DNA from: Amoebophrya sp. A120
Taxonomy: Eukaryota > Protista > Dinoflagellata
Direction of reading: 5' to 3'
DNA: 64,000 nt
Assembly: GCA_905178155.1 (NCBI GenBank)
Contig: CAJINV010000006.1
Span: 2,830,658-2,894,657, forward strand
Shown here: in pieces, positions 12,001-24,000 of the stretch
How the letters are laid out: each line of letters opens with the position of its first letter
Numbering within the stretch: the first letter of the stretch is position 1
Made by a program: the position numbers and the translations under genes
The notes under the pieces: model-generated
Database searches by the model: none
What the model was told of the DNA's origin: nothing
The model's input: the letters and a program-made list of their open reading frames with translations, nothing else

Positions 12001-15000
12001 AAAACGGGTACCAAATGCAAATATGTCTGGGTCTGGAAGGTTGCTGAGGTTTGTGATGCTGTGTCTGCTTGACACAGAAGGTGTGCCATGCAAGGCCATG
12101 CAAGGTTTTGAGACGGTTTCCCAATGCCTAATCCGCATGACAAAAACCTTCTGTCGGCGACAGGAAAAGGAGGTCCTTTTGCTGTCCAAGCATGACATAT
12201 TTTTGTGTGATCTAAGTATGTATCACAAGTTCGCATCCTTTGCCTTTCAGACGCAGACACTTTTGCACTCGATAACGGGGATCGCAGAACGATCTAACCG
12301 CGGACTCAGTCACCGCGCTCGGCCGGTCGGATCTGGCCGGGGTAATGGAGGATAAGAAGAAAGTGGACATTGTGCCGTTGCAGGACGTGGATCCAGATGC
12401 GGTCGCGGCAAGGTAGTAAATCAGTACATATTTACTTTCTTCACCGATCAATATCAGGTTTTTCTTTTTTCTTGGCAGTGCTGGTCCATGCATGACAAGC
12501 GGCGCAGCCGCAGGTGTAGTAAGTAGCTAGTTCCTTCCCTAACTGTGCAATACAAAATTTTAGGTGGCATTTCCGTCGCTTCTGCTTCCACTTTGTGACC
12601 AAGGTGAAGATATCCACTGCAAACATGTCTGGGTCTAGAAGGGTTGGCATTTTGCATGACGCGTGAGGTTTGTGATGCTGGTGCTAGCATCACAGATTTT
12701 TTGACAGCTTCGTTTTTGCTAATTACGCATGAGAAATGCCCTCGCCGCATGCCAAGAACAGGACTCCTCTTGCTGCTCATGCAACACAGATGTTTTTAGA
12801 ATCCGCAGACAGCACTACAAGTTCCACTGTTCCAGACCCAGACATATTTGCAGTTCATAGCAGAGGGAATTCGCCGGTCTGGACAATCTAGCGGAGGTTT
12901 CGAATGATGAGCTTTATCCTGTGCAAAAGCATCTTCGCATGCAAACTTTGCATCAAAGACTGCTTGACAAATTCTGCTTTGGAATTTCTTGTCCAGCATG
13001 ACAACTTTCTAGGAAAATGAATTTGTCATGCGTGTAGTAAGGCACGCGCACCACGCAGGATGCTTTTGCCGTGCATAAAATGCTATCGCAACTGATGTTC
13101 ATGGGCGATGATGGCGGGCGCGGGGAGGATGTTGGGCCACAATACAACGAAGTAGCCAATCACTCCCACTGGACCTACAGAAGGAACTTCAACAGGTATG
13201 ATGTCATTGGAGAAAGGACGTTCTACTTGCAGAAGTATTTATTTGCGCATGGCAAAATCTTTTCTGTCGCTGTGAGCAGCATGAGAAACTCATAAATTAC
13301 CAAATACAACCAGGTTCCTCCTCCTCGTCATTATCGCTTCCCTGGTCATTGTCGGTCTAGAAGCGGACTTTGTCGTCCGAAACCCCGATAAGAAGACCAT
13401 CGAGCACCTGTACATGTATTTTCTGATGGAGCTCGTGTGTTTTTTCATCTTCTGCTATGACAAAGCACAACTCCCGCCCCACTCATTTGTCTTGCATTTG
13501 TAGCAACAGGAGAAACCATCTCAAAACTGCAGCGCTTGCATGACAAATCTGCTCCTGCTTCCAGAACTTGCCATGCACACGTGGCCAAAAGGCTCAGACA
13601 GGATTTGGCACTTTTGCATGACAAATGGGGCTGATGAGGGGTTGTGTACTCTCATATCTGCTTCGAAGCGATTTCCCGGTTTTCCATCCTCGGCCTGTGC
13701 TACTTTGCGGACTTTAAGTGGGCGACGGTTGCGCTGATGCTGAATGCCTTAGACGTGTACCATTTCATATTTATTGGGTACTTTGGGGGGTTTATCAAAT
13801 GTAAAAATGTCTGGGTCTGGAAGAGTCATGCTGTTTTTGCATGACACAGAAGGTCTGGCATTAGAGGTCTAGCATCACAGGTTTCGAAAAGCTTCCGCAA
13901 TGCCGAATCCGCATGACAAATCCCCTATTTTGCTGACCGAAAGTGGGCAGCTTTTGCTACGTATGCATGAGAGACTTTTCTGTGTTCTGAAATACGCATT
14001 ACAAGTTGCATGACAGGTTCGTTTTAAAGCACTTCGTCTGTCAGCATTTGCACTTCGTCTGACAAAAGCACTTCGTTGTGTAAAGCACTTCGTCGAGGAC
14101 GTAAAATCCAAGCTCTTCGTCAAAAGAAAAACAAAAAACTCATGTAACTTATAGGGGCAGATACTTCAACAGTTTAGCAGTGTGCGGGGGGGTGACTCAT
14201 GAGGTCCCCCCCCACCCGCTGTGCCCATATCAAAAAACACACAGGGAAACTCGTTTTTTCTTTTCTTTCGTACAGCAAGGGGATAGCATGGGTCGTAAGT
14301 CGTTTAAGGGGGAAAAAGATGCCTAAGGACTGCAGTAGAAAGAGGTAATTTTGAGATAGAGATTACAAAGTAGACGATATAGAAACATTAGTAAAACTGT
14401 AGTGAAGAGTAAAGTGGTGGTTTCGATTTTTTCTTTTTTCTCGCTTGTATACATATGTAGACACTAAGTAATGAAGTAAGAAAGAAAAAAGAACAGATAT
14501 GGGCGCAGAAGTGGATCAGGAGGACCAGGGAGGGCAGGTGAAGGTGGGACTACGAGCAAGAATTTGGAACGAGAGCTTGCAGAACGACGCCGAGCTAGAG
14601 GATGCGCTGTGCCGACACCTGGAAGAAAAACGAGACATCGGGGACCTGCTCTGTGTGTGCAAGTGGTGCTACCGGGTAAACATGGCGAGGGAGGTCACGC
14701 ACAAGCACGCAAAAACGAAGCACAACAGCCACCAGCTAACCTGCCCGGAAAGAGATCGAGATGGAGACGCAGGCACGACTTCGGATAAAAAGGTACTGGC
14801 AGAAAATGTTTTTAGAGTGGTAAGTGTAGCAAGCACAACAGAGCCACTAACTACAACGAAAAACACGAAGTCAAAAATTATGGAGACTGACATTTTTTGT
14901 GACGAAGTGAAGCCGCGCATGGTGGACATAGACTGGCTGAACAAGCCAAAAAGAGACCAAATGATTGCCCCACACGGGAACAAGGGAGTGTTCGCGTGTG

Positions 15001-18000
15001 GGCTCTGCCAGGTCTGTAATGCTGACTCCTGCGATTTTATTGACAGGCATACGCACACCTGTGTGCGTGAGTCGGCAAATTCCCGTGCAGCCTTAGCAGA
15101 GGGAAGAGCCCGCACACAATGCAGGCGCTGCAGCGCCCATGTTGCCTGTATGCGATCCCATATTTTGGCGCATGAGGCCCTAGATAGGTATAGCTATCTT
15201 AGCTCGAGTAAGCACTACGAGCTAGGAACGCTAGCATGGGACCAAAAAGTAGCGCTTACAAATTGCATTCTTGATGAGCCACTATGGGGGCAGGCGGTAT
15301 CCTCGTCGATGAATGTTCAGTCACTAAGAACAAAAAACGTCGACAGCTACATCTTGAAATATGTGGAAGACATTGAGCCGCATTTTCTGGGGCTGGATGA
15401 AACCAACCTTGACTCGATAGATAAGTCATGGCTGATTCACCAGCTTATTGCCCTGGGGTATCACATTATCTTCTGCCCACGGAAGCACGAGGGGGGTGAT
15501 GCAAAAAAGAAGAGAAAAAGCGGGTCATCCATTTTGGCAGTTAGATCTAGTGTAAGGCTAGTGAAAATACTAGAAGTGGACGACGTCGATGGGTGCGAGA
15601 TTATTCATGTCTTGGTGGAAATGAACAGCGTTGTATTTGAAGTCAAAAAGCTTTACGCCAAGCATGCAAAACTAGACGCAACACACCTAGGGATAGGAGC
15701 GGGGATTATTATTGGGGACCTGAATGCAAGGCACTTGAACTGGGACTACAAAAACAACCCAAACGGAACAACGCTGACAAAATGGCTAGAAGGGGAAGAG
15801 GGTAGGGGCTTCTGTTGCGCTAATGTGAAAGGGCAGGCAACGAGGGTACATGGTGAATGCGCAACAGCGCCAGACGTGATGGTTTTCGGCAAGGAGACTT
15901 TTGAAAAACCAAGGTTCGTAACGTACTTGCCATACAACTTTGACGCAATGGAAACGGAGACTAGCGATGGAAAACAAGCAACCCAAATCCTTGAAGGGGG
16001 AAAAGGAATAGCAGAAGAGAATGATGCGTGCTCAGAAGAACACCTGCGGAAGAAGAGAAAGACAAACATTGGAGCCGTTGACGCAGATACTAGTCAAGAG
16101 CAGAATAGTATTAGCCCAGACGAGGCTGAACTAGAATGGGAAGGGGTTTTTGAGGTAAACAAGGAAAGAGCAGATGAACGTGCGTGCTACGTGCGAATCT
16201 CCAGTGAAGATGTAGCGGGGGTTGTTAAGAGCGGCGGTCTAATAGTTGACGGCGTCGCAGAAGGGGAGAGCCTATGGAGCTGGGGCCTGGAGAATTGCAA
16301 GTTTTCAGAACAGCTTTCTGATCACTGCATGGTGGAGCTCCGCCTGAGCATCAAAGGAGCGGTGGTTGCCTTGCCAGAAGTGGCAAGCATTTTTGTGCCG
16401 GAAGTAGACGAAGAAAGACACGCAATGCCAGCGGAGCTGGAGCAAGAAGTAGGTGGGGAATATGGGGATGATGATCGGGATGAGCCGGGGGGGGGAGGGA
16501 GCGACTGCAACTACACCAGCAAGCTTTTGAAGTTCAAGTTTGAAAACGGAATACCAGTGAAGGAACAAACATGGGTAACGGCGTACAATCGGGATCTTCG
16601 TGATAGACTTGCAGACCACCCCCTGATGCGGAAGAACTGGCAGAAGCGGAAAGTAGGGCTGATTCAAAACGATCTGAAGCTGGTAAAGGAAGTAATGCTA
16701 GAGGTAGCAAAAGAGCATCTTCCCTGCTCGCGGGGAAGGAAGGCTACAGATGCTACTAGTGATGTAAAGGGAACACAAAAGCGGGCACGAAAGAAACCAA
16801 AAAAGGACGAGATAGGGCGGGGAAGGGATTCAGATGCAGAATTGGACCACCTACCACCAAAGGAAAGGTGGGAACACATCAACCAGAAAATAAGAAGAAA
16901 GAAAATTTGGACCACCGGGGGTTTTCCCTCGAAGCTGGTCAAGCATGACAAAGCGGCCATCTACTTCAAGAGGGCAACTGGAGAAGATATCACGGAAAAA
17001 GGAAACCAGAGCGCTTTGCTGTGTCCACCGCTTACCCTGAAGGAGATAGAAAGACGAACGAACGAGGCAGCTATGAAAGAGATAAAGAAGCGGAAAATAA
17101 CAGTAGAGCCACTTCCGGGCGAAGCAGTTGACGACCACGACGAAATAGTGAACTACTTCGCGGCCCAATACAAAGGGAGACCGCAACAGGTCTACAGCAA
17201 GAACGGCTTTGAAGTGCCAGATGAGAGCGAGTGGAAAAAGAAAACCTTCAAAGATACGCGATTGAAGTCGCGCCAGAAAGCGAAGGAGGGGCAATTTTGG
17301 GAGTTGACCAGGACAGAGTTTGCGGCGGCTATCAGGAAGCTGGAATGTAACAAGAGTCCGGGGTGTGATGGGGTTACGCATGAGCTGGTCAAGGCTTTGG
17401 ATGGGGTAGGATGGGAGTGCTTATTTAGGTGCTACTACGTGTTAGTCAAGCACAACGCATTTCCGGAAATAGGGCGGGAGATTATCCTAGCACCTGTAGG
17501 CAAGACAGAAGAGCAGGCTTTCTCAGAAAGTTTGTTTCGACCTGTAAGCTTGTTATCAGTATATGCTAAGGTGTGGGAACCGTAGCCATTTTGGCTCAAG
17601 ATCCCCTACCGGTGAGTACCCCGCCGTAGGGGTAGGCCTTCAATGTTGGTACACACCCTCAGTGCCCTTTGGAAATAGTTGATTTAGATTTTTTGTGTAA
17701 GATAAAACGAAACTACCGATCATAAAGATGTTCCACAAATAAGATAGAAAAGTCGAAAGGTTCTGACACTGAAAGCCCGAAAACAATTGCGAAGATCGAA
17801 CTGTGCTCCCTTTTTTACACTCTTTTACGTACGCCCTTTTTTTTTGACCGCTCAATAGATTTACCTCTCTCTGACGCAATATACAATTCCGAAACGCCGT
17901 TTAGGTTTTTGACTTGATTCGCACAACATCAACACACGTTGCACATTTCGGAACTCTTTAGTTGACCTCACACGCATTACAAATTCGAAGTACTCCACAT

Positions 18001-21000
18001 AGACACCATGGCAAAAGGAGACCCAAAAAACCATGCGCCTCGCGGCAGCTCGCCAGCCGGATCCGCCAAAGGGAAGCAGACCAGTGACAAGGGCAAAGGG
18101 AAGAAGAAGGGGAAAGGCAAGGCCACCACCACTTCTTCCACCTCGACAAAAGACTACGACCGCCTGAAACTGGACGTGGCGCAGCTGAAAGCAAATCACA
18201 TTTTGATGGTGAAGGGTTTGGAAGGCATCGAGACCTTCTCGGATTGGAAAGAGCGCAAGCTCGAGGAGGAGCAGGGCCTCGAAATTCCGAACATCACGAA
18301 AGCGAAAACGCAGAACTCGCCCGGCCCGCTACGCGTCAAAGCTGCCGCCAGCAGTTCCAGCTCTAGCAACATGAAAAAACCCGCCGTCACTATTGAAGAC
18401 CCAATCACGCACATGGAGGCGGGGGCACGCTACGCGCTTTGGAAGGACGGCATTTTGAAAAAATGCGCTTCGGCCGCCGGAAATGCATGGGTTCACACGG
18501 GCGAACCTCTCCGATACCTGGAAGAACAGGACGACGGCAAGATGAAGCTGGTCGAGCACAAGACGATGGTGTATGGAGACAGCGACAAGGAGGAAAGCTA
18601 CCGCCTCGCCCAGGAGATGAAGGCTTGTTTTTCCGCAATCAAGCCAGACCACGTGCGGACGATCGCCGTCCACAAGAGCGGGTGGGTGGAGATCCTGTGC
18701 AAAGGCAATACCAAGGTCTTCGACCTGAACTGCTTAGTGCAATCGAGTTCCGACAACGTAACCAAGATGTACCTGCAGGACCTGCAGGTGAAGGAGTACA
18801 TCGTGCGCAGCGCGAAGGACTTCGAAAGGTACATGCGAAAATTGCAGAACCGCGCGGACAAGGACCTGCAAAAAGCCAGCGAAGCGGAAACGCAGGGCGG
18901 GCAGGAGAAAGAACAACAGAACGAGAACAAAGCGGGCGATGAGGAAATGGACGATGATGATGAACAGAGCCCCTCGGGTTCCCCGGCGGGCGACGAGGAA
19001 ATGTTGGAGGAGATGGAAGATGGGCAGGTGCGCGTGAAACGGCGCAAGAAGAGCAAGGACAAGTCGAAAAAGGACAAGAACAACAAGGGGCTGGTCAAGA
19101 AGGATACCGACGCCAAGGACGGAAAAAAGGCGGCTCGCATCGAGAAGCGGGTCGTGCTTGGTGGCGCGGCGGTAGCGAAAGGCATCACGGGACGCTCCCC
19201 AGGGGGCATCTCTGGTGCTGGCGGGCAGTAAACCTTCATCTTCATCACAGAAACTAGAAAGTAATAAACCAGGGCGAGTACGTGGACGACCTTTCCTTCT
19301 TGCAACCATGATTTGAACCGAAAACAAGCAGTAACTTTTTCCAACGACCGGAGAACAACGACGAGCAATCTTTACAACCAATTAAGAAAACACTCTTTCC
19401 CCGAAGGCGCGCGGGCGAAAGACAAAAAGCGGGGCGCCGTGTGTGCTCTGCTTTGCATGCAGTTGTGCATTTGGCACATTAAGATTTGTGTACGACAAAC
19501 TTGAAGAAGCAGTTTATAGCAGTCATCGAAGATATCTCCACTACCGGAAATCCGGTAGTTTCTCCCGTTTGCGGGAAACCAAAAAAGGAAGACTAAGGGC
19601 TAACAGGGGTATCATTGCGGCACACGTGATGCCCTCGCAGTAAAGCAGTTTTTTCCGACTTGTGTGTCGCTGGGGACGGATCGCCAAACCGAACCCGGAA
19701 TTGCAGGCAGAAGCATTTGTTATCAGCACTAATTTTTCACTCACGCAGCTGAGGAGTCAACCTCAAGAAAAAATCTGATTGAAGATTGGCGTTTTTTGCA
19801 CAGAAGATTTGAAGAAGCAGTACGTATTTGGGAGGAGCTCACCTCCAGAAAAAAGCCCGGGAGTTTTTGTGTGTTCGCAGACCAGCATCGGGAATTTTAC
19901 CGGACACAAACAGCTGCCAAGACCAGAGCGGAATTATGGCTCAAGGAGGCAGTAGCGCCTCGCGCAGGAGCAGTAGCATGCAGAATAGTTTTAGGCCGTC
20001 GGGCACCTCTCCACACGCAGTTGCACCGCAGTCAGCTCCCACGCCGGGGGCGTTCCCTGGGGTAGGCAGCAGTGCAGGCCGACGCGGCGCAGCCGGATCG
20101 GCAAGCACCGGCTGGGGCGAGCCCGGCCGAGACTGGGGAAGCAATGCGGCAAAACGCACTTTGCGCTTTGGAACTTTCAACGTCCTAACGCTAGGACGCC
20201 GAGAAGAACAGCGGGATAGATGGCCCGTAGAACTGCTGACGTTGATAGAAGATGCAAAGCGACAGGGACTAGACATCCTGCTTTTACAAGAAACAAGAAT
20301 TCGGGCATGGCTTACGGGGGAGCAGTGGCCAGGCGGTTACAGGGCGTACGGGGGCGGCGCGTCCCCAAACGCCGCCGGCGCTGCGATAGGGGGCACCGTT
20401 ATTCTAGTTCGGGCGGGAGTCCGGGTGGCAGACGTAAGCGTGGAGCAGCAGGAAAGAATGATGCGGGTCAGCATCAAGTGCCAGTACGGAAAAATGCTGC
20501 ATATCCTCAGCGTCTACGCCCCGACAAACACCGCCGACCCAGAGAAGAAACAGAAATATTACGAAATGCTAGACAGGGAGCTGGGGGCCTTCAGCAAGCA
20601 CGACATAGTAGTACTCGGGGGGGACCACAATTGTGAACTTGGTAATCCGGAAATAGAACTGATCAATGCGGGACTCCCATACGCCGTAGGGAAATGCGGC
20701 CTGACTAGCGACTTTGTGGTCGAGTCAGACAACAAGCAGCGGCTGCACGAGCTAGCAGCAGCGCGGCAGCTTGTTGACCTCTCCAGCTTGCACAAAAAAC
20801 CGTGGCGGGAGCGGTTCACTTTCACCGGAAAGTGGACAAGCGAAGAAAGACGACAAAGGGAATACGACCGGTTCCTCGTATCCCACCGAGATCGCGGCCT
20901 CTTTCAAAAACTAAAAGTGATCAAGGGCACACTCACACACAGCGACCACCGCATGGTGGTGATGGAGATGAAACTTGGAGCAATAAAAAAGCCTTCCTCT

Positions 21001-24000
21001 AGAAAAATTCCCCCGCAAATAATTCGAAGCAAGGAAAAGGCAGAACAGGCCAGCAAGCGGCTGGCGGTCAAGTACACGCCCGAGGTGCTTGAACAAATCG
21101 AAAACGGTCCAACAAGTGCAGGGGCTTGGTGGACGGAGTTCGAGAAAGATCTGGGGGCGACTCTGGAGAAACTTCGCAAGCTCGCGCCTGCGAGTGGGCC
21201 GCAAAAGCCATGGATATCGGAAGATACTTGGAACAAAATAGAGGAACGAAGGAAGGCCAAGGCTAGCGGCGCCGGCAAAGTTACCAAGCTGACAAGGGAG
21301 ATCAACAAACTAGTAAAAGCCGACAAAGCCGCATGGGTACAGAACAAAATAGAAACGCTGAAACAGGCCGACGCGTGCGGAAATACAAAAGTAGTTTTCG
21401 ACACAGTGCGGCAACTGGCGGGTAGAGGCCGGAAGCGGCCGCAGGAGTTGCCAGGCCCGGCCAAGGTCTGGACAGACTTCTGGGGCGACATTTTCGGCAA
21501 GCCGCGACCACAGCCGCCGGACGAAGTCCGGCAAACAAAAACCTGGAAGCGGTGCGAGAGAGAGATAGAGAGAAACGAGCCCGGGCCAACGTGGTGCGAA
21601 GGGCTGGACGCGGTCCCGTCGCGGGATGAAGTGGCCGCAGCGCTCAAAGAGCTGAAAGCGGGCAGGGCCTTCGCCGGCCCGATCCCGGCGGAATTCGCAA
21701 AAGAATGCGACACAGTCAAGTCGGTGCTGGCGGCCTTGGTGCGTCGGATCTTCGCGGGGGAAAAAATCCCGGAAGAGTGGGGCGAGGCGGTGGTCGCCAT
21801 GCTCCACAAGGACGGCGTGCAGGCCAACCCAGCAAACTGGCGCCCGATCGCGCTGATCACACTCGGCGAAAAATTGCTCGGTCTCGTGATTCTTCGCAGG
21901 ATCGAAGCAGACGCAGGCAAAAAGCTGGACCCGCGACAAAAAGGGTGCCGGCGCGGGCTGTCGTGCAGACATGCAGTTTTCGAACTGCTGCGCGACGTGG
22001 AGCGGTCTAACAAAGAAGGGAGGCGGGCGCTTTACGCGTTCATAGACTTCCAGAAAGCCTTCGACTCGCTGTCGTGGGATGTAATGTTTACCGTGCTCCG
22101 CCTGCAGGGCGTCCCAGAAAACATCTGCAGAATAATCTACAACATGTACGAACAAAACGCAAAAGTAACTATACGACTAGGCGAAGGCAAACACGCCCCG
22201 ACTTTCCGACAGCGGTCGGGAATTCGACAGGGGTCAGCCCTCTCCCCACTCCTCTTCGCCATATGCGTGGACTGGGCTCTCGCACAGTTCATTGCAACAA
22301 TGGTGGAAGAGCAGAAGTGGACACGGGAGCAGGCAGAGGCCCAGGCGTTGGCGTGGCTCGGCTACGTCGACGACCTGGTCGTGAAGGACAGCAACGCCAA
22401 AGACCTGGAGTTCGCACTCCAGGAGCTGTCTAGCGCGTGTCGCTTTATCGGGTTGGAGTTGAACACCAAAAAGACGAAGGTCCTGGCGGTGAACCCAGAA
22501 GTGGAGGAAAGAAAAAACCCGAGCGCAAAAATGGAGCGATGCCAGCACGACGGAGACTGGGGGTGGATGATAGAATGGAGCGGCAAGGACTGGAACAACC
22601 AGTGGAAAGAAGAAGCAGGGCGACTAAAGATGGCAGGCCTGGGGGACCTGGCTCCCACCCACCTGGTGGTGTGGGACACGCCGTCAAGAGGGGTAACAGC
22701 AGTAACACTGAAACAGAGCGGCTGGGCACTAACAAACGAGGGAGAAAGCATCAGGTTGATGCGGCTAGGGCAGATTCGGCATGTCATTGCCGATAAAAAC
22801 GCGCACGAATGCCCGAAGTGCGGAGACATCCTCCCGGATGCCACCGCACTTCACTTCCACACAGCCACCGGCTTTTGCAGACCTAACAAAACGATGCAAG
22901 AACTGCGCACGCTGCGGATCGGGCGGCAAGTAGAACAGAAGAACAAACAAGCACAAAAGCCCACAGCAGTGCAGGAGGGGAAACCGGTGCGCCACCTGGG
23001 CAAAGCCATCGAACAGGTGGCAAGCTTCAAGTACCTCGGTACGGAGATAGCCCTTGACGGAAGTACAGACGCAGAAACAACAAGACGCTGCGCGATAGCT
23101 CTGGGGGTAGTGCAGCAGCTCTCGCCGATATGGCGGGACAAAACAATCCCTCTTTACCTGAAGTCCGACCTGTTTCGATCCCTGTCTCTATCAGTCGCCA
23201 TGTATAACTCGGAATGCTGGGCGATATCTAGTGCGGCAGCGACGCAGCTGCGGCGCTACCAAGATAGTGCGCTGCGGCATGTGCTAGGCGGGCACTACAA
23301 AAACCAGGAGAAGAACCGCCTGCAGCTGTGCACCGATCTCGGTGTGCAGCCCCTAGAAGTAGAAGTTGCGACCAGACGTCTAGGTTGGGTCGCCCACACG
23401 TGTAGAGGTGACGAGGCGGAGGGTTCCGTCTCGCGCATAGAGAAGGAACTTTTTTGCAAATCGATATGGGGTCGCCAGCTAGAAGACGACTTTTACATGT
23501 TCGGGCTCACAATGCAAACGTTAAAAGAAACGAAGCCAACAGCAGTAGCATTACGAGCGACACTAGCAAAACGGAAACCGGTCAAGCCGATAAAGAAGCA
23601 GAGAGGAGCAGTAGCGGGACGCCCAAAAACGGAAAAAAGAACAGCAATGGAGGAGGAAAGACAGCGGAGATTGGAACAACAACGACGTGAGACTGATGAA
23701 GCAAACAAAAAATTGCTATCGCAAATAAACGGGAAGGTGTGGGAGAAACAGTCCAGGTCTAAGTACAATTTTTCTGTCTTGGCAGACAGTGGCGAGCGCA
23801 TAAGTTTCCGGGTAACAAGCTTCTTCTTCTGTGAAAACGCCGGGATGGAAGAAGCAACAGTACTGGGCCACACTTTCCAACAGAACAACGCAACGAAAGC
23901 CTGGACTGCAGCCAATCCCATCGTGTGAGGAAATGAGGGGTCTCCCAGGACCAAGAGATAACAAAGCACTGCACATCCATGATAGAACCCAACGCGGAAC

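Noticed and set aside
17580-17700. Possible SL RNA gene
   Set aside because: The SL is followed by AT, not the GT donor of an SL intron, and sits at a TSD-defined retroelement end.
18598-22155. Long minus-strand ORFs opposite the LINE B ORFs
   Set aside because: Antisense shadows of codon-biased genuine ORFs.
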